64,000 nucleotides of DNA from Heterodontus francisci. Its lineage: Eukaryota. Numbering within the stretch: position 1 is the first letter of the stretch; each line of letters starts with the position of its first letter. The position numbers were made by a program, and so were the translations under genes. Under the pieces are notes generated by a model. The model ran no database searches. It was not told the origin of the DNA and saw nothing but the letters and a program-made list of their open reading frames with translations. This document shows positions 1 to 10,030 of this stretch, one piece after another. The stretch spans positions 248,001 through 312,000 of the forward strand of contig NW_027142279.1 in NCBI RefSeq assembly GCF_036365525.1. The letters run 5' to 3'.

Positions 1-183
1 ACGTGGGTGAGCTTCCAGTGTAAGAATAGCCCATTAGGGTGAGCTCCTGCCCGGCATACTGCCGATACCACAGCATAACGCTCTTACTACTGTCATTCTG
101 GTAACAGTTTAATTCTGCTGGTTCGCCTCCCTTCACTGCCACCAGAGTTGGCCAATGGTGTATCACCTCTGCTAGAGTTCTGC
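1..183 (-). CDS. TRBV: TCR beta V segment, V exon (truncated by window edge)
   Basis: Acceptor ttatttctcaag| at 185-184. Translation (C)RTLA-EVIHHWPTLVAVKGGEPAELNCYQNDSSKSVMLWYRQYAGQELTLMGYSYTGSSPT.. has Cys23, WYRQ and the Vbeta-type 'LMGYSY..P' CDR2 context. Confidence 0.88.
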
Positions 184-648
184 CTTGAGAAATAAGGAGA
201 ATAGTTTAAAAAGTTTAGAACATATTGTGACATATGATAACCAACTATTACTATACAAATAGATAATTAGATAATACTAGATAACTATATAGGCAGACAA
301 TATATAGTTAAATGATATATTTGTAGATATATAGATAATAAACAGATAGATATAGAGATTGAAAAATAATGTAGCAAGTGATACGAGACAGACAAATTAA
401 CCCAGAATTTGGGCAAACTTATCGGTTAAAGATAGCTGTAGTAGCTTCACGATATATAAGTAAATTTTATTGTCAAAAAATTCATGAAGCCAATATTATT
501 TACAGGTAAAGTAAAGTATGTAGTTTAAGAAATGACAGAAAATCGACTGCAATGATGTTTTATCAATCTAGTTTGATAGAAGTTAGCAGTGAATGAAAAC
601 ACAGCATGTATTTTAGCACAGGTATCTTTATGAAGGATGAATACCTAC

Positions 649-694
649 ATGGAAGAAGAGAGCAGACGATTAGGAAGAGTTTGACTAACTGCAT
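649..694 (-). CDS. TRBV: Leader (signal peptide) exon of the Vbeta at 1-183
   Basis: ATG at 694, MQLVKLFLIVCSLLP, 46 nt, phase-1 donor T|gtaggt. Splices in frame to 183 (T+GC=Cys). Confidence 0.85.
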
Positions 695-765
695 CCTGCA
701 GACTGGGGGCTGAATCTGTTCATTAACTAATATCAGGCGGCTGAAGATAAAGCAGAGAGTGGAAA

Positions 766-775
766 TGACAGCACT
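766..775 (-). promoter_or_regulatory. Candidate Vbeta promoter decamer (CRE-like)
   Basis: AGTGCTGTCA lies 72-81 bp upstream of the leader ATG, one mismatch from the Vbeta decamer AGTGAYRTCA, with a GGAA next to it. Confidence 0.35.
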
Positions 776-1543
776 GGAAGCAGGGTTTCCTTCTGACCCC
801 TCACTTCTGGGTATGACAGAATAATAACACCCCCTGGTCGGAAGGAGCTTGAATAAGGAACTGCTTCCCGCCTGTATCTGGCTCTCGTTGCTTGTGTCTG
901 ATTGGTGTTGTATAGGGTAGCTCTTTCGAACAGCTGGGCCAGGCTCGATGGGCTGAATGGCCTCGGCTCTGCTGTATGATTTTATAAATATATAAGACAC
1001 ATCAAGTTGCTTCTTTGTATTAGGCAGATAAAGATTTATTTCCCCTGGGCTAAACGACAATTCAAGGGTTATGTTTTACATTGGGGTGAAATGTTAGATA
1101 CTTTGAAAAGCGACAATGTCATGAAGAAGTGGGTTAACTGTTTTAACCAGATGCTCAAACCGCCGTCAGGAGGCAGGTGTTCTAGTGAGAGACCTATCTG
1201 GGGAGGTGTCTCACTTTTGCATTGCATGAATCATTGGGGACATGTACAACAGGGAGCTATGTGTAACTCTTGTCACATACCACAGACAGCTCATTCAACA
1301 GGACCATGAACCCATTTACCCCACCTCGGAATCTGTTCTTTACAGGTAGAGGCTGCCTTAACGAGAAGGATCTGAGCACATTGCTGCAGCATTGTTAATA
1401 ATTCATAATGTATTGATGTACTCTGTGTCGAAGGAGAGCAAGAAGATGAAACTGTGAGAGACAGAGATGACAAATATATATATATGATCGAGATAAATAG
1501 ATAGATAAATGGTGCAAATAACCATAAATGGACAGCTAGATCG

Positions 1544-1684
1544 NNNNNNNNNNNNNNNNNNNNNNNNNNNNNNNNNNNNNNNNNNNNNNNNNNNNNNNNN
1601 NNNNNNNNNNNNNNNNNNNNNNNNNNNNNNNNNNNNNNNNNNNNNNNNNNNNNNNNNNNNNNNNNNNNNNNNNNNNNNNNNNNN
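1544..1684. other. Assembly gap (N run) within GATA/GA microsatellite
   Basis: Run of N flanked by (GATA)n-like repeats. Confidence 0.98.
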
Positions 1685-1900
1685 TAGACACAGATAGATT
1701 TATAGATAGATTGATAGACACATAGATAGATAGAAAGATAGATAGACATAGATAGATACAGATCGATAGACAGATAGACAGATAGATAGATGCAGAGACG
1801 CACAAAGAGACACAGAAACTCGCAGATAGTCCGAGAGACAGAAAGACACTGAGATAGACAGACAGGTTTATCTCCCACAAGTGCTTTCCTCCTCCTTTAG

Positions 1901-1939
1901 AGTTTTTGCTGAACTCCGGCGCCTTTCTGAGTCACTGTG
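1901..1939 (-). promoter_or_regulatory. 23-RSS of TRBV30-like V
   Basis: CACAGTG (1939-1933), 23-nt spacer, GCAAAAACT (1909-1901). Confidence 0.95.
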
Positions 1940-2238
1940 CTGACTCCAGGCACAGTAATACACGGCTGATTGATTCGCCCACAGGCTGGAGGACTCCAGG
2001 TGAAAATGGGTGTTGTCGGGTCTCCTGGCGGTGAAACCGTCCACCTCACCGGAGGGAATGACCGTTCCGGCAGAGGTGGAATAGAAAAGGTTCTCGGGTT
2101 TATGGTCCAGATACCACCAGTACCGGTAGAATGCGGAGCCAGCTACTGCTTCTGTGTAAATACACTGGATATTGACTGGACAGCCTGGGGAATGGGATAT
2201 GGAAGCGGGAGACTGTTGGTTCAGCACGGCCCCTACAT
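1940..2238 (-). pseudogene. TRBV: TRBV30-like TCR beta V exon, open frame but probably non-functional
   Basis: Acceptor ctctgttttacag|. DVGAVLNQQSPASISHSPGCPVNIQCIY...LFYSTSAGTV...FTARRPDNTHFHLESSSL...SAVYYCAWSQ matches TRBV30 hallmarks (LFYS, ASRP..F.L, CAWS). Conserved Trp41 reads CGG (Arg) at 2125-2123, and no intact leader was found. Confidence 0.8.
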
Positions 2239-2240
2239 CT

Positions 2241-2247
<7 letters not shown>

Positions 2248-2290
<43 letters not shown>

Positions 2291-2900
2291 TAGAGATACA
2301 CCCAGGGACAAGATTTAAATTGGACATCGGCCACGATGAGGGGACAGGCACGATGGGCCGAACGATCTCCTGTGTGCCCGAAATGTCCCGTGTTTCATTA
2401 TAAAAAGGGAGAGGTGGGAGAGGGAGAGATGCACAGAGAGAGAGAGAGAGACTCAGAGAAAGACATAGAATGATATAGAGTGAGAGAAAAGGAGAGAAGC
2501 AGAGACAGAGAGAGAGAGTAAGAGAGAGAGGGAAGCACACAGACAGAGGGAGAAAAACAGCAACAATCTATACATGGACAACAGACGTGAAGGAGCTCAG
2601 AGGACAGGGAGAGAGAGAAAGAGAGACAGAGAGAAAGGGAGAGTGGGAGGGACAGACATAGAGGTACATATATCGTTAGACAGAGAGAAAGAGATATGTA
2701 AATAAATATTGATAGATAGAGATTCTATATAGATAGGTAGTGAAATAGGCAGATATACAGATAATTGGATAACATAGATAGACAGATAGATACAGTGATG
2801 CATCGAGAGACAGATAAATGGACGGAGAGATAGATAGATATGAAGATAGATATGCAGATTCATAGATAGATAGATTCAGAGAAAGGGAGATACAGAGAGA
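2248..2900. repeat. (GA)n and (GATA)n microsatellite-rich intron sequence
   Basis: Perfect (GA)n at 2248-2286 and degenerate GA/GATA arrays beyond it. Confidence 0.9.
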
Positions 2901-3086
2901 TAGATGGTGCAATAGACATTCTGATAAATCCAGAGGTGTAATGAACAACAATACTGTCATGTATGGGGTAAATATCACTCTAACACGTGCTTTTATAGTT
3001 TAGCTGCCAGTCTTAAAAATAAAGTACTGTTGTTCTGAAGGATTCACTATCAAACCATTTGTACAAAATGAATACATTTTATTTAC

Positions 3087-3349
3087 CTTCCAAGCACTAA
3101 TCTGCGCACAGGATACAGATGTCCACTCCCCTTTGTGTGAAGAAGTACTTCCTGACATCACTCCTGAATAGCCTGGCTCGAATTTTGGGTTTAGACCACC
3201 TTGTTCTACCCCCGTGCCCCGCCCCCAACTAGAGGAAGCAGTTTATCTCCATCTCGCCGATCAACCCATTCAATCATTTTAAACACCTCAGTCAAATCAC
3301 CATTTAATCTTCTCTACCCGAGGGAATAAAGAACAAGCAATGTAAACAT
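3087..3349 (-). pseudogene. Candidate disrupted leader exon of the TRBV30-like V, split by a CR1 fragment
   Basis: ATG TTT ACA TTG CTT GTT CT (3349-3330), then CR1-like sequence (~3329-3116), then T ATC CTG TGC GCA GAT TAG TGC TTG GAA G|gtaaat (3115-3087). Rejoined it gives 49 nt, phase 1, MFTLLVLILCAD*CLE. Confidence 0.4.
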
Positions 3350-4559
3350 GTTGGGTGCTGCATTTCCTTCACACTTGATTAACTGATCAAAGATATTTTC
3401 AGAAACTCCGAACACAGGAAATCTTTCATAGAATCAGAGACTGGTTACAGTACAGAAGGAGTCCATTCCGCCCATCGAGTCCATGCCAGCTCTCTGCAAG
3501 ATCAACCCAGCTAGTGCAACTCCTCCTATCTCTCCTGTCAATTCAATTTGTCGCCATAACCACCTGCAAATTCCTCTGCGCTGTTTCCTTCGCATGCTCT
3601 TGTGGAAGGACTTTGTCAGCACAACACAGCAACAGAATCGCATTGTACAGAGAGACACAGAGACAGGGAAGGCACCGTTAGTATGTGTGGTTATCAGAGT
3701 GCAGCTGTAAATGTTTCAACATGTTCACGGATGCAGCAAGAAAAAAAAACAGCCTGTTCTGTGGGTTTGCCCTGCACACATTTGTATTTTTCCACTCCTG
3801 GGCCTGAGGCAAAACAGTAGGTTAAAGGGTAAGGTAGCAAAGTGTTATGTTCCTGGGCTATTAATGTAAAGGCCTGGGCTAATAACCTGGAGATGTGAAT
3901 TCAAATCCCAGCATGCTGGATTATTTCAATTCCCTTCATTAGATAAAGCTGGAATTGATGAAAAGCTGCTCTCAGTCATAACCTACAGTATTGGACAAAA
4001 AACTCATCGTCACTGAGATAAAGAAACCTGCCATCCTTATCCGGTCTGGCCTAAGAGGTGACTCCAGTCCCACAACAATATGGTTGATTCTTAAAAGGCC
4101 CTCTGCATTGGCCGGGCAAGACAGTCGGTCGTACAAAAGCTGTGACGGGAACAGACAGCAATGGGGGTGGGCTCATCGCCATCTTCTCAAGGACGGTGAG
4201 GTGGTGGGCACTGAATACTGCATAACAGTGCCACAACCACATCCTGTGAATGAAAGCAGATAGAGAGATTGAGAAATATAATTGAATAGAGACCTCAACA
4301 CGGGTGTGTGTACACTGCATGGCCTGTCCTCACCCCCAGACACATCATCTGGTCTGTTTCAATCTTTCCCCTCACTGCTCTGTAGCTAACCCCAGCCTCC
4401 TCCATGCAAGCGATACATGCACAGTTACTTGGCTGAGCTCCCATCCAGCAACCCTCATTAACACTCCCCAGCAACCCTCCATCCTAAACTCCCACAAAAT
4501 GCTCATGTGCCGGCTGTGTTATTTCCACCTACTTCACCAATCCCTTTCAAGACCCCTAA

Positions 4560-5290
4560 ATGTTGGTGTTGTTCTCCTGCTGAAGATGTTGTTGAATTTG
4601 TTGGTGTCTTCTTCCGACTGAAGTTGTTGGTGAACTTCTTGGTGCCTTCTTCTGACTGAAGTTGTTGTTGAATTAGTTGGTGCCTTCTTCTGACTGAAGT
4701 TGTTGTTGAATTTGTTGGTGCTTTCTTCCGACTGAAGTTGTTGTTGGATTTTTGGTGTTTTTCTCTCCTGCTGAAGTTATTGTTGGATTTGTTGGGTTTT
4801 GTTTTACTGCAGCTGAAGTTGTTGTTGTATTTGTTGGTGTTTTTCTCCTGCTGAAGTTATTGTTGAATTTGTTGGTGTTTTTCTACTGCTGAAGTTGTTG
4901 TTGAATTGTGGGGCTTTTTAACTGTTGCTGAAGTTGTTGTTGTATTCGTTGATGTTTTTTCCTGCTGATGTTGTTGTTGAATCTGTTGGTGTTCTTTACT
5001 GCCTGCTGACTTTGTTGTTGAATTTTTTGGTGTTTTTCTCCTGCTGAAGTTGTTGTTGTATTCATTGATATTTTTTTCCCTGCTGTAGTTGTTGTTGAAT
5101 TTGTTCGTGTTCTTTAATCCCTGCTGACTTTGTTGTTGAATTTGTGTGTTTTTCTCCTGCTGAAGTTGTTGTTGTAATCGTTGATTTTTTTTTTCCTGCT
5201 GAAGTTGTTGAATTTGTTGGTGCTTTTCACCTGTTGAAGTTGTTGTTGAATTTGTTTGTGTTTTTCTTGAATTTGTTGCTGTTTTACTCC
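4560..5290. repeat. GTT-rich minisatellite (~38-bp unit ctgctgaagttgttgttgaatttgttggtgtttttctc)
   Basis: Tandem degenerate copies. Related arrays at 11415-11490 (inverted), 11880-12175 and 13300-13525. Confidence 0.9.
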
Positions 5291-5689
5291 TGCGATGCAG
5301 TGTTAGAGGGGGCCAATTTGCTACCAATAATATTGTCCTCCTCGGCACAGATGCCACCGGATGTAAGGAACTATGCATAATGATCCAACAACAAAGCATG
5401 TGCTTAGACTACACAGGTCAATGTGTTGAACAAATGAGAAACATTTCATTGGCTAGTATTGGGTTTTGTTTTGGTGACATCCTGGGACTGTGCAGAGAAC
5501 AACCTCTGATGTCCAGAAGGGCAGAACTGCACAGTCAGAGGGGGCAATCCTCAGCAATGATTATCCTCCAATCAAAATTGCTCCGACAATAACCACAGAT
5601 GATCTGGACATTATTGCCTGTTTGATGGATCTTGCTTTGTAGAAACTGGCTGCCACTGTTCCTATCTTGCAGCAGTGGCTGCACTTTGA

Positions 5690-6330
5690 AGAAGTACTAG
5701 CAACGAATATGGGATTAGTAAAGCACTCGGGTTCTTGGGCTTTATAAATGGAAGCATGGAGCACAAGCGCTGGGAAGCTATGATGAACATTTCCAAAGCT
5801 CTGGTTAGGCTGTAACTGGAAGTTTGCGTTCAGTTCTGGTCACCACACTTCAGGAAGGATGTGAGTGTCCATGACAGGGTGCAGAGGAGATTTTACCAGA
5901 ATGGTTCCAGTGATGTTACATGGTTATTTTGGAGAATCTGGGGTTGTTTACCTTGGTGCAAAGGCAATTGAGGGGAGATCTGATAGAGGAAACAAGATTG
6001 TGACAGTGTTAGTTAAGGTAGACAGAGTAAACCTGTTCCCATTAGTGGATGGTGCAAGGACTATTGGTCACAGATTGATGATTCTGGACAATAGATACTG
6101 GGGTATTTGAGGAAGAACCTCTATACACAGTGAGTGGTAATAACCGGGAATTCACTGCCTACCAGGGTGATGGAAGTGGAGACAATGAATGATTTCAAAA
6201 GGAAATTGAATGGATACCTGAAGGAGATAATCTTGCTGGGCCGCAGGGATAGAGAGGGGGAATGGGACTGACTGGATTGCATGGACTCGATGGGAAGAAT
6301 GGCCTCCTTCTGTACCATACAGGCTGTATG
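5690..6330 (+). mobile_element. CR1 LINE 3' fragment
   Basis: cagttctggtcaccacac...agggtgcagaggagattttaccagaatg and a 3' UTR ending gaatggcctccttctgt. Confidence 0.8.
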
Positions 6331-6483
6331 ACTTTCTGGCTAACTGGCTGTAAAGTGTTTTCAGATGACATGGTGTTGCAAAGGTCACCAATAGGGATAC
6401 ACAGGGGCTCGATGGTTTGCTGAGCTTTCCAGACGATGCTGCTCACAGGTGGGTGTTTTAGGGGCAGGTTGGGAGAGTGAGGA

Positions 6484-6522
6484 TGTTTTTGTCTCACTCT
6501 GCCGCAGGGTTGTATCGCTGTG
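6484..6522 (-). promoter_or_regulatory. 23-RSS of short-CDR2 V
   Basis: CACAGCG (6522-6516), 23-nt spacer, ACAAAAACA (6492-6484). Confidence 0.93.
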
Positions 6523-6820
6523 CCCATACTCGCTGCACAGTAGTAGGTCGCAGTGTCTGTCGGCTGGGGGTCGAACAGCTGCAGGGAGAATCGGTTGCTT
6601 GCAGCGTCGTGTTGCACAGTGAACCGCTTCTCAAAGCCTGGCCCACAGCTGCCGTGCTCATTGCACATCCACTTTACTGCCTTCCCCTCCTGCCTGTACC
6701 AGTGCATGGTGTAGCTGCCCATGCTGGCTCCCTTCAAGCTGCAGCCAAGGGCGAGGGGCTTCCCCGGTCGAATAGAAGCCGCGGCTGGAGTCTGGATCAC
6801 AGTGGGTGCAGACTGAACCC
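6523..6820 (-). CDS. TCR V exon, intact, TRDV2-like short-CDR2 type
   Basis: Acceptor tgtgttccag|. VQS-APTVIQTPAAASIRPGKPLALGCSLKGASMGSYTMHWYRQEGKAVKWMCNEHGSCGPGFEKRFTVQHDAASNRFSLQLFDPQPTDTATYYCAASMG has Cys23, Trp41 and YYC intact. Confidence 0.9.
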
Positions 6821-7078
6821 CTGGAACACATTCCATAAAAGAAAGTAATTCAGAATCATGGAAGGAAAATGGTAGCATAAATCATAAAATCTAACAGAAT
6901 AGAAAGAGGCCGTTCTGCCCATCGTATCTGCTGTTTGAAAGAGCTGTCGAGTTAGTCTCACTTGCCCCCGCTCCTACCCCATTGCCCTCCCAATTTCCCC
7001 GCTCCAAGCCCTGATCCAATAGCCATTTGGGAGATTACTATTGAATCTACTTCCTCCTGCTGAAGGGATACCACTTAC

Positions 7079-7142
7079 ACCAAATCCAATGTCCAAGCAA
7101 TAAGCTGACCAAGATTGAGATGTTTTTAGCTGAGACTGCCAT
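7079..7142 (-). CDS. Leader exon of the V at 6523-6820
   Basis: ATG at 7142, MAVSAKNISILVSLLLGHWIW, 64 nt, phase-1 donor T|gtaagt, in frame with the V exon. Confidence 0.75.
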
Positions 7143-7419
7143 CGCCCTTCTCAGAAGCAGAGAGGCAGCCCTTACTGAGCAACAAGCCAGCGCCTGGTAA
7201 ATGGAAATGCCACCGGTTGTGATTCAGAGAGTGGAACGATTGGCCGCCCATCCTGTACCTCGACCACGCCTGTCAGCAGAGTGAACAAATGAGGAGCACT
7301 TCCCTCGGCAACATTGCTGTTATTTATGCAGATTGCTGCAAGCCCCTTAGCCCGACTTTCCCTCTTCCCTTCCCAACATTCCCACCTTTCCTTCGATGGA
7401 ATATTGCCTTATTTTTTGA

Positions 7420-8810
7420 TTGGCCAGGAACGTGCTGACCATGCGAAAGTTAGGTAGGAAAACAAATTGTGAGGAGGGCACAAAGAGTCTGCAGAGGGTT
7501 ATAGATAGGTTAAGTGAGTTGGGCAAAAAATTGGCAGATGGAGTATACTGTGGGCAAATGTGAGATTGCCCAATTTGGCAGGAAGAATGGGAATTCAGAA
7601 TATTATTTAAATAGAGAGAGACTGCAGGACTCCACAGTACAGAGGGATCTGGGTGTCCTGGTACGTGAATCACAAAAAGTCAGCATGTAGGTACAGCGCG
7701 TGATTAGGAAGGCAAATGAAATGTTGTTGTTTATTGCAAGGGGAATCGAATTCAAAAGTAGGGAAGTGTTGCTACAGCTGTACAGGGCCTTAGTTAGACC
7801 ACATCTGGAGTAATGTGGACTGTTTTGGTCTGCATAATTGTCTTATGAGGAAATGTTGAGCAGTTTGAGCCGATGCCCACTGGAGTTCAGAAGAATGAGA
7901 GGTGATCTTATCGAAACATGTCATATTTTAAGGGGGATTGACAGCGTGGAAGCCGAGAGGATGTTTCCCCCTGGTGGGCGAATCTAGAACTAGGCAGCAT
8001 AATTTCAAAATAAGTGATTGGCAGATGGAGTATAATGTGGGGAAGAATGAGGTTCTTCACTTTGGTTGAAAGAATATAGTTTTTTATAAGGCGTCAATCT
8101 TCTCAATGTTGATGTTCAGAGAGGCTTGGGTTTCTCAGTACATGAGACTCAGTAAGTTCACATGCAGGTGCAGCAAGAAATTCGCAAGGCAAATGGCCTG
8201 TTGGCCTTTATTGCAAGTGGGATTGGAGTACAGGAATAAGGAAGTCTTGTTACAATTGGCCAGCGCTTTGGTAAGATCACACCTGCTTTACTGTACACAG
8301 TTTTGGTCTCCACATCCGAGGAAGGCTACACTTGCCTTGGTGGCAGTACAGCGAAGGGTCACTCCATTGGTTCCTGGGATGAAAGGTTTGTCCTATGATG
8401 AGAGAGCCTGTAGTCTATGGAGTTTAGAAGAATGAAAGGTGATCTCAGTGAAACATGCAAGATTCTGAAGGGGCTTGACTGGGTAGACACTGAGAAGTTG
8501 TTTCCCCTGGCTGGGGAATCTATTTCAGCCTCAGGATAAGGGGCCAAGCATTTAGGACTGAGATAAGGAGAGGTTTCTTCACTCAAAGGGTGGTAAATCT
8601 TTGGAATTCCCTACCCCCGGGGGTGGTGGATGCTCCATCATTGAATATATTTAAGGCTGGGATAGACAGATATGTGGTCACTCAGGGACTGAAGGGATAT
8701 GGGGAGCGGGTGGAAAAGTGGAGTTGAGTTAGAGGATCTGTCATGATGGTATTGAATGACAGAGCAGGATCGACGGGCCGAATGGTCTACTCCTGCTCCG
8801 ATTTCTCATG
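7420..8810 (+). mobile_element. Two tandem or nested CR1 LINE 3' fragments
   Basis: Degenerate ORF2 C-terminus (LEYRNKEVLLQL..LVRSHLLYCTQFWSP) and 3' UTR gggccgaatggtctactcctgctcc. Confidence 0.85.
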
Positions 8811-9134
8811 TTATTCTGAAATCTAGTCATTTGATTCATGATGATTCCATTAACACAATCTAAAAACCCGTTAACTTTAACTGCAGGCTCTTTACATCAG
8901 TCTTCACCCTTCACTGATCAGACCAGAATAATTCTCTGCTGGCCTCTTTCAGTGTCTTCCCTGCAATTGGATTCATTTCTGGCCCCATCAACGTACATAA
9001 CACAACATCTGCCTAAATTTAATGCCAGTTGCCATTGTGTGGCCTAATCCCCTGCCACAGGTAAATCACTTTGGATTCCACAGGACCCCTCTACTGTCTT
9101 AACTCGTGCAAAGATTTTAGTGACATCTGCAAAC

Positions 9135-9665
9135 ATTCTTTTATTATTTCATTGGATGTGGGAGTCACTGGCCAGGCCAGCAATTATTTCCCATCCCTAA
9201 TCGCCCTTGAGAAGGTGGTGGTGAGCTGCCTTCTTGAACCACTGCAGTCCATGTGAGGTGGGTACACCCACTGTGCTGTTAGGAAGGGAGTTCCAGGATT
9301 TTGACCCAGCGACAGTGAAGGTGTGGCCGATACAGTTCCAAGTCAGGATGGTGTGTGACTTGGAGGGGAACTTGCAGGTGGTGGTGTTCCCATGCGTTTG
9401 CTGCACTTGTCCTTCTAGATTGAGGTCGCGGGTTTGGAAGGTGCTGTCGAAGGAGCCTTGGTGCGTTACTGCAGTGCATTGCGTAGCTGGTACACACTGC
9501 TGCCACTGTACGTTGGTGGTGGAGGGAGTGAATATTTAAGGTGGTGTTTGTTTAGTTAGATTCCCCCAGCTGCTGTGCTGGGATTTGAACTCTTGTGCTC
9601 TGGATCATTCGGCCGAAGCCTCAGGATTACTAGTCCCAGTAACATAACAGTAATGCTACCGTACC
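9135..9665 (-). mobile_element. LINE (CR1/L2 group) 3' end plus SINE fragment
   Basis: Same family as 12180-13290 (..SWNSLPNSTVGVPT..FKKAAHHHLLKG). Confidence 0.7.
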
Positions 9666-9702
9666 CCCAGAGACTGGGGTAAGGTGTATTACACAATTCC
9701 CA

Positions 9703-9741
9703 AGTTTTTGCCGTGTTTCCTTGCATTCTAGGTACACTGTG
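9703..9741 (-). promoter_or_regulatory. 23-RSS of V pseudogene
   Basis: CACAGTG (9741-9735), 23-nt spacer, GCAAAAACT (9711-9703). Confidence 0.9.
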
Positions 9742-10030
9742 TGTATCCTTGTGAGCCCCGCAGTAGTAAGTGCTGTTGTCTTGGACTCGGGAGCTTTTCC
9801 AGGACAGAGTGAAAGTGTTGGCCTGAGTCTTGTGCTGGGTTTCAATCCTTTTCCTGTAGTTCGATGCAGAAAGTACACTCTATCTGATCAATTCCAGGCA
9901 GTCACCAAACTGCAATTACCAGTCCAAACAACACTCAGTCATGTTGCCCTGCCCAATGCGTCTGTGGAACGTGGGTTCCTCCACGGGAACCAGAGCATTG
10001 ACCACTGGGGACTGGAGAACCATCTAACAT
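9742..10030 (-). pseudogene. TCR V pseudogene, short-CDR2 type
   Basis: VLQSPVVNALVPVEEPTFHR[R]IGQGNMTECCLDW*LQFGDCLELIR*SVLSASNYRKRIETQHKTQANTFTLSWKSSRVQDNSTYYCGAHKDT. Cys23 is CGC, there are two in-frame stops, and YYC plus the RSS are retained. Confidence 0.85.

Noticed and set aside
4857-5399. Gln/Asn/Thr-rich ORFs
   Set aside because: Translations of the GTT-rich minisatellite.
1901-7142. NAR-TCR cassette (NAR V-D-J plus leaderless supporting Vdelta)
   Set aside because: I found no D or J (FGxG/WGxG with RSS) between the two V segments. The downstream V is TRBV30-like and has a candidate broken leader.
7321-7333. Octamer-like ATCTGCAT plus ATAAATA about 180 bp upstream of the V leader
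   Set aside because: One mismatch in a short motif, so a chance match cannot be excluded without conservation data.
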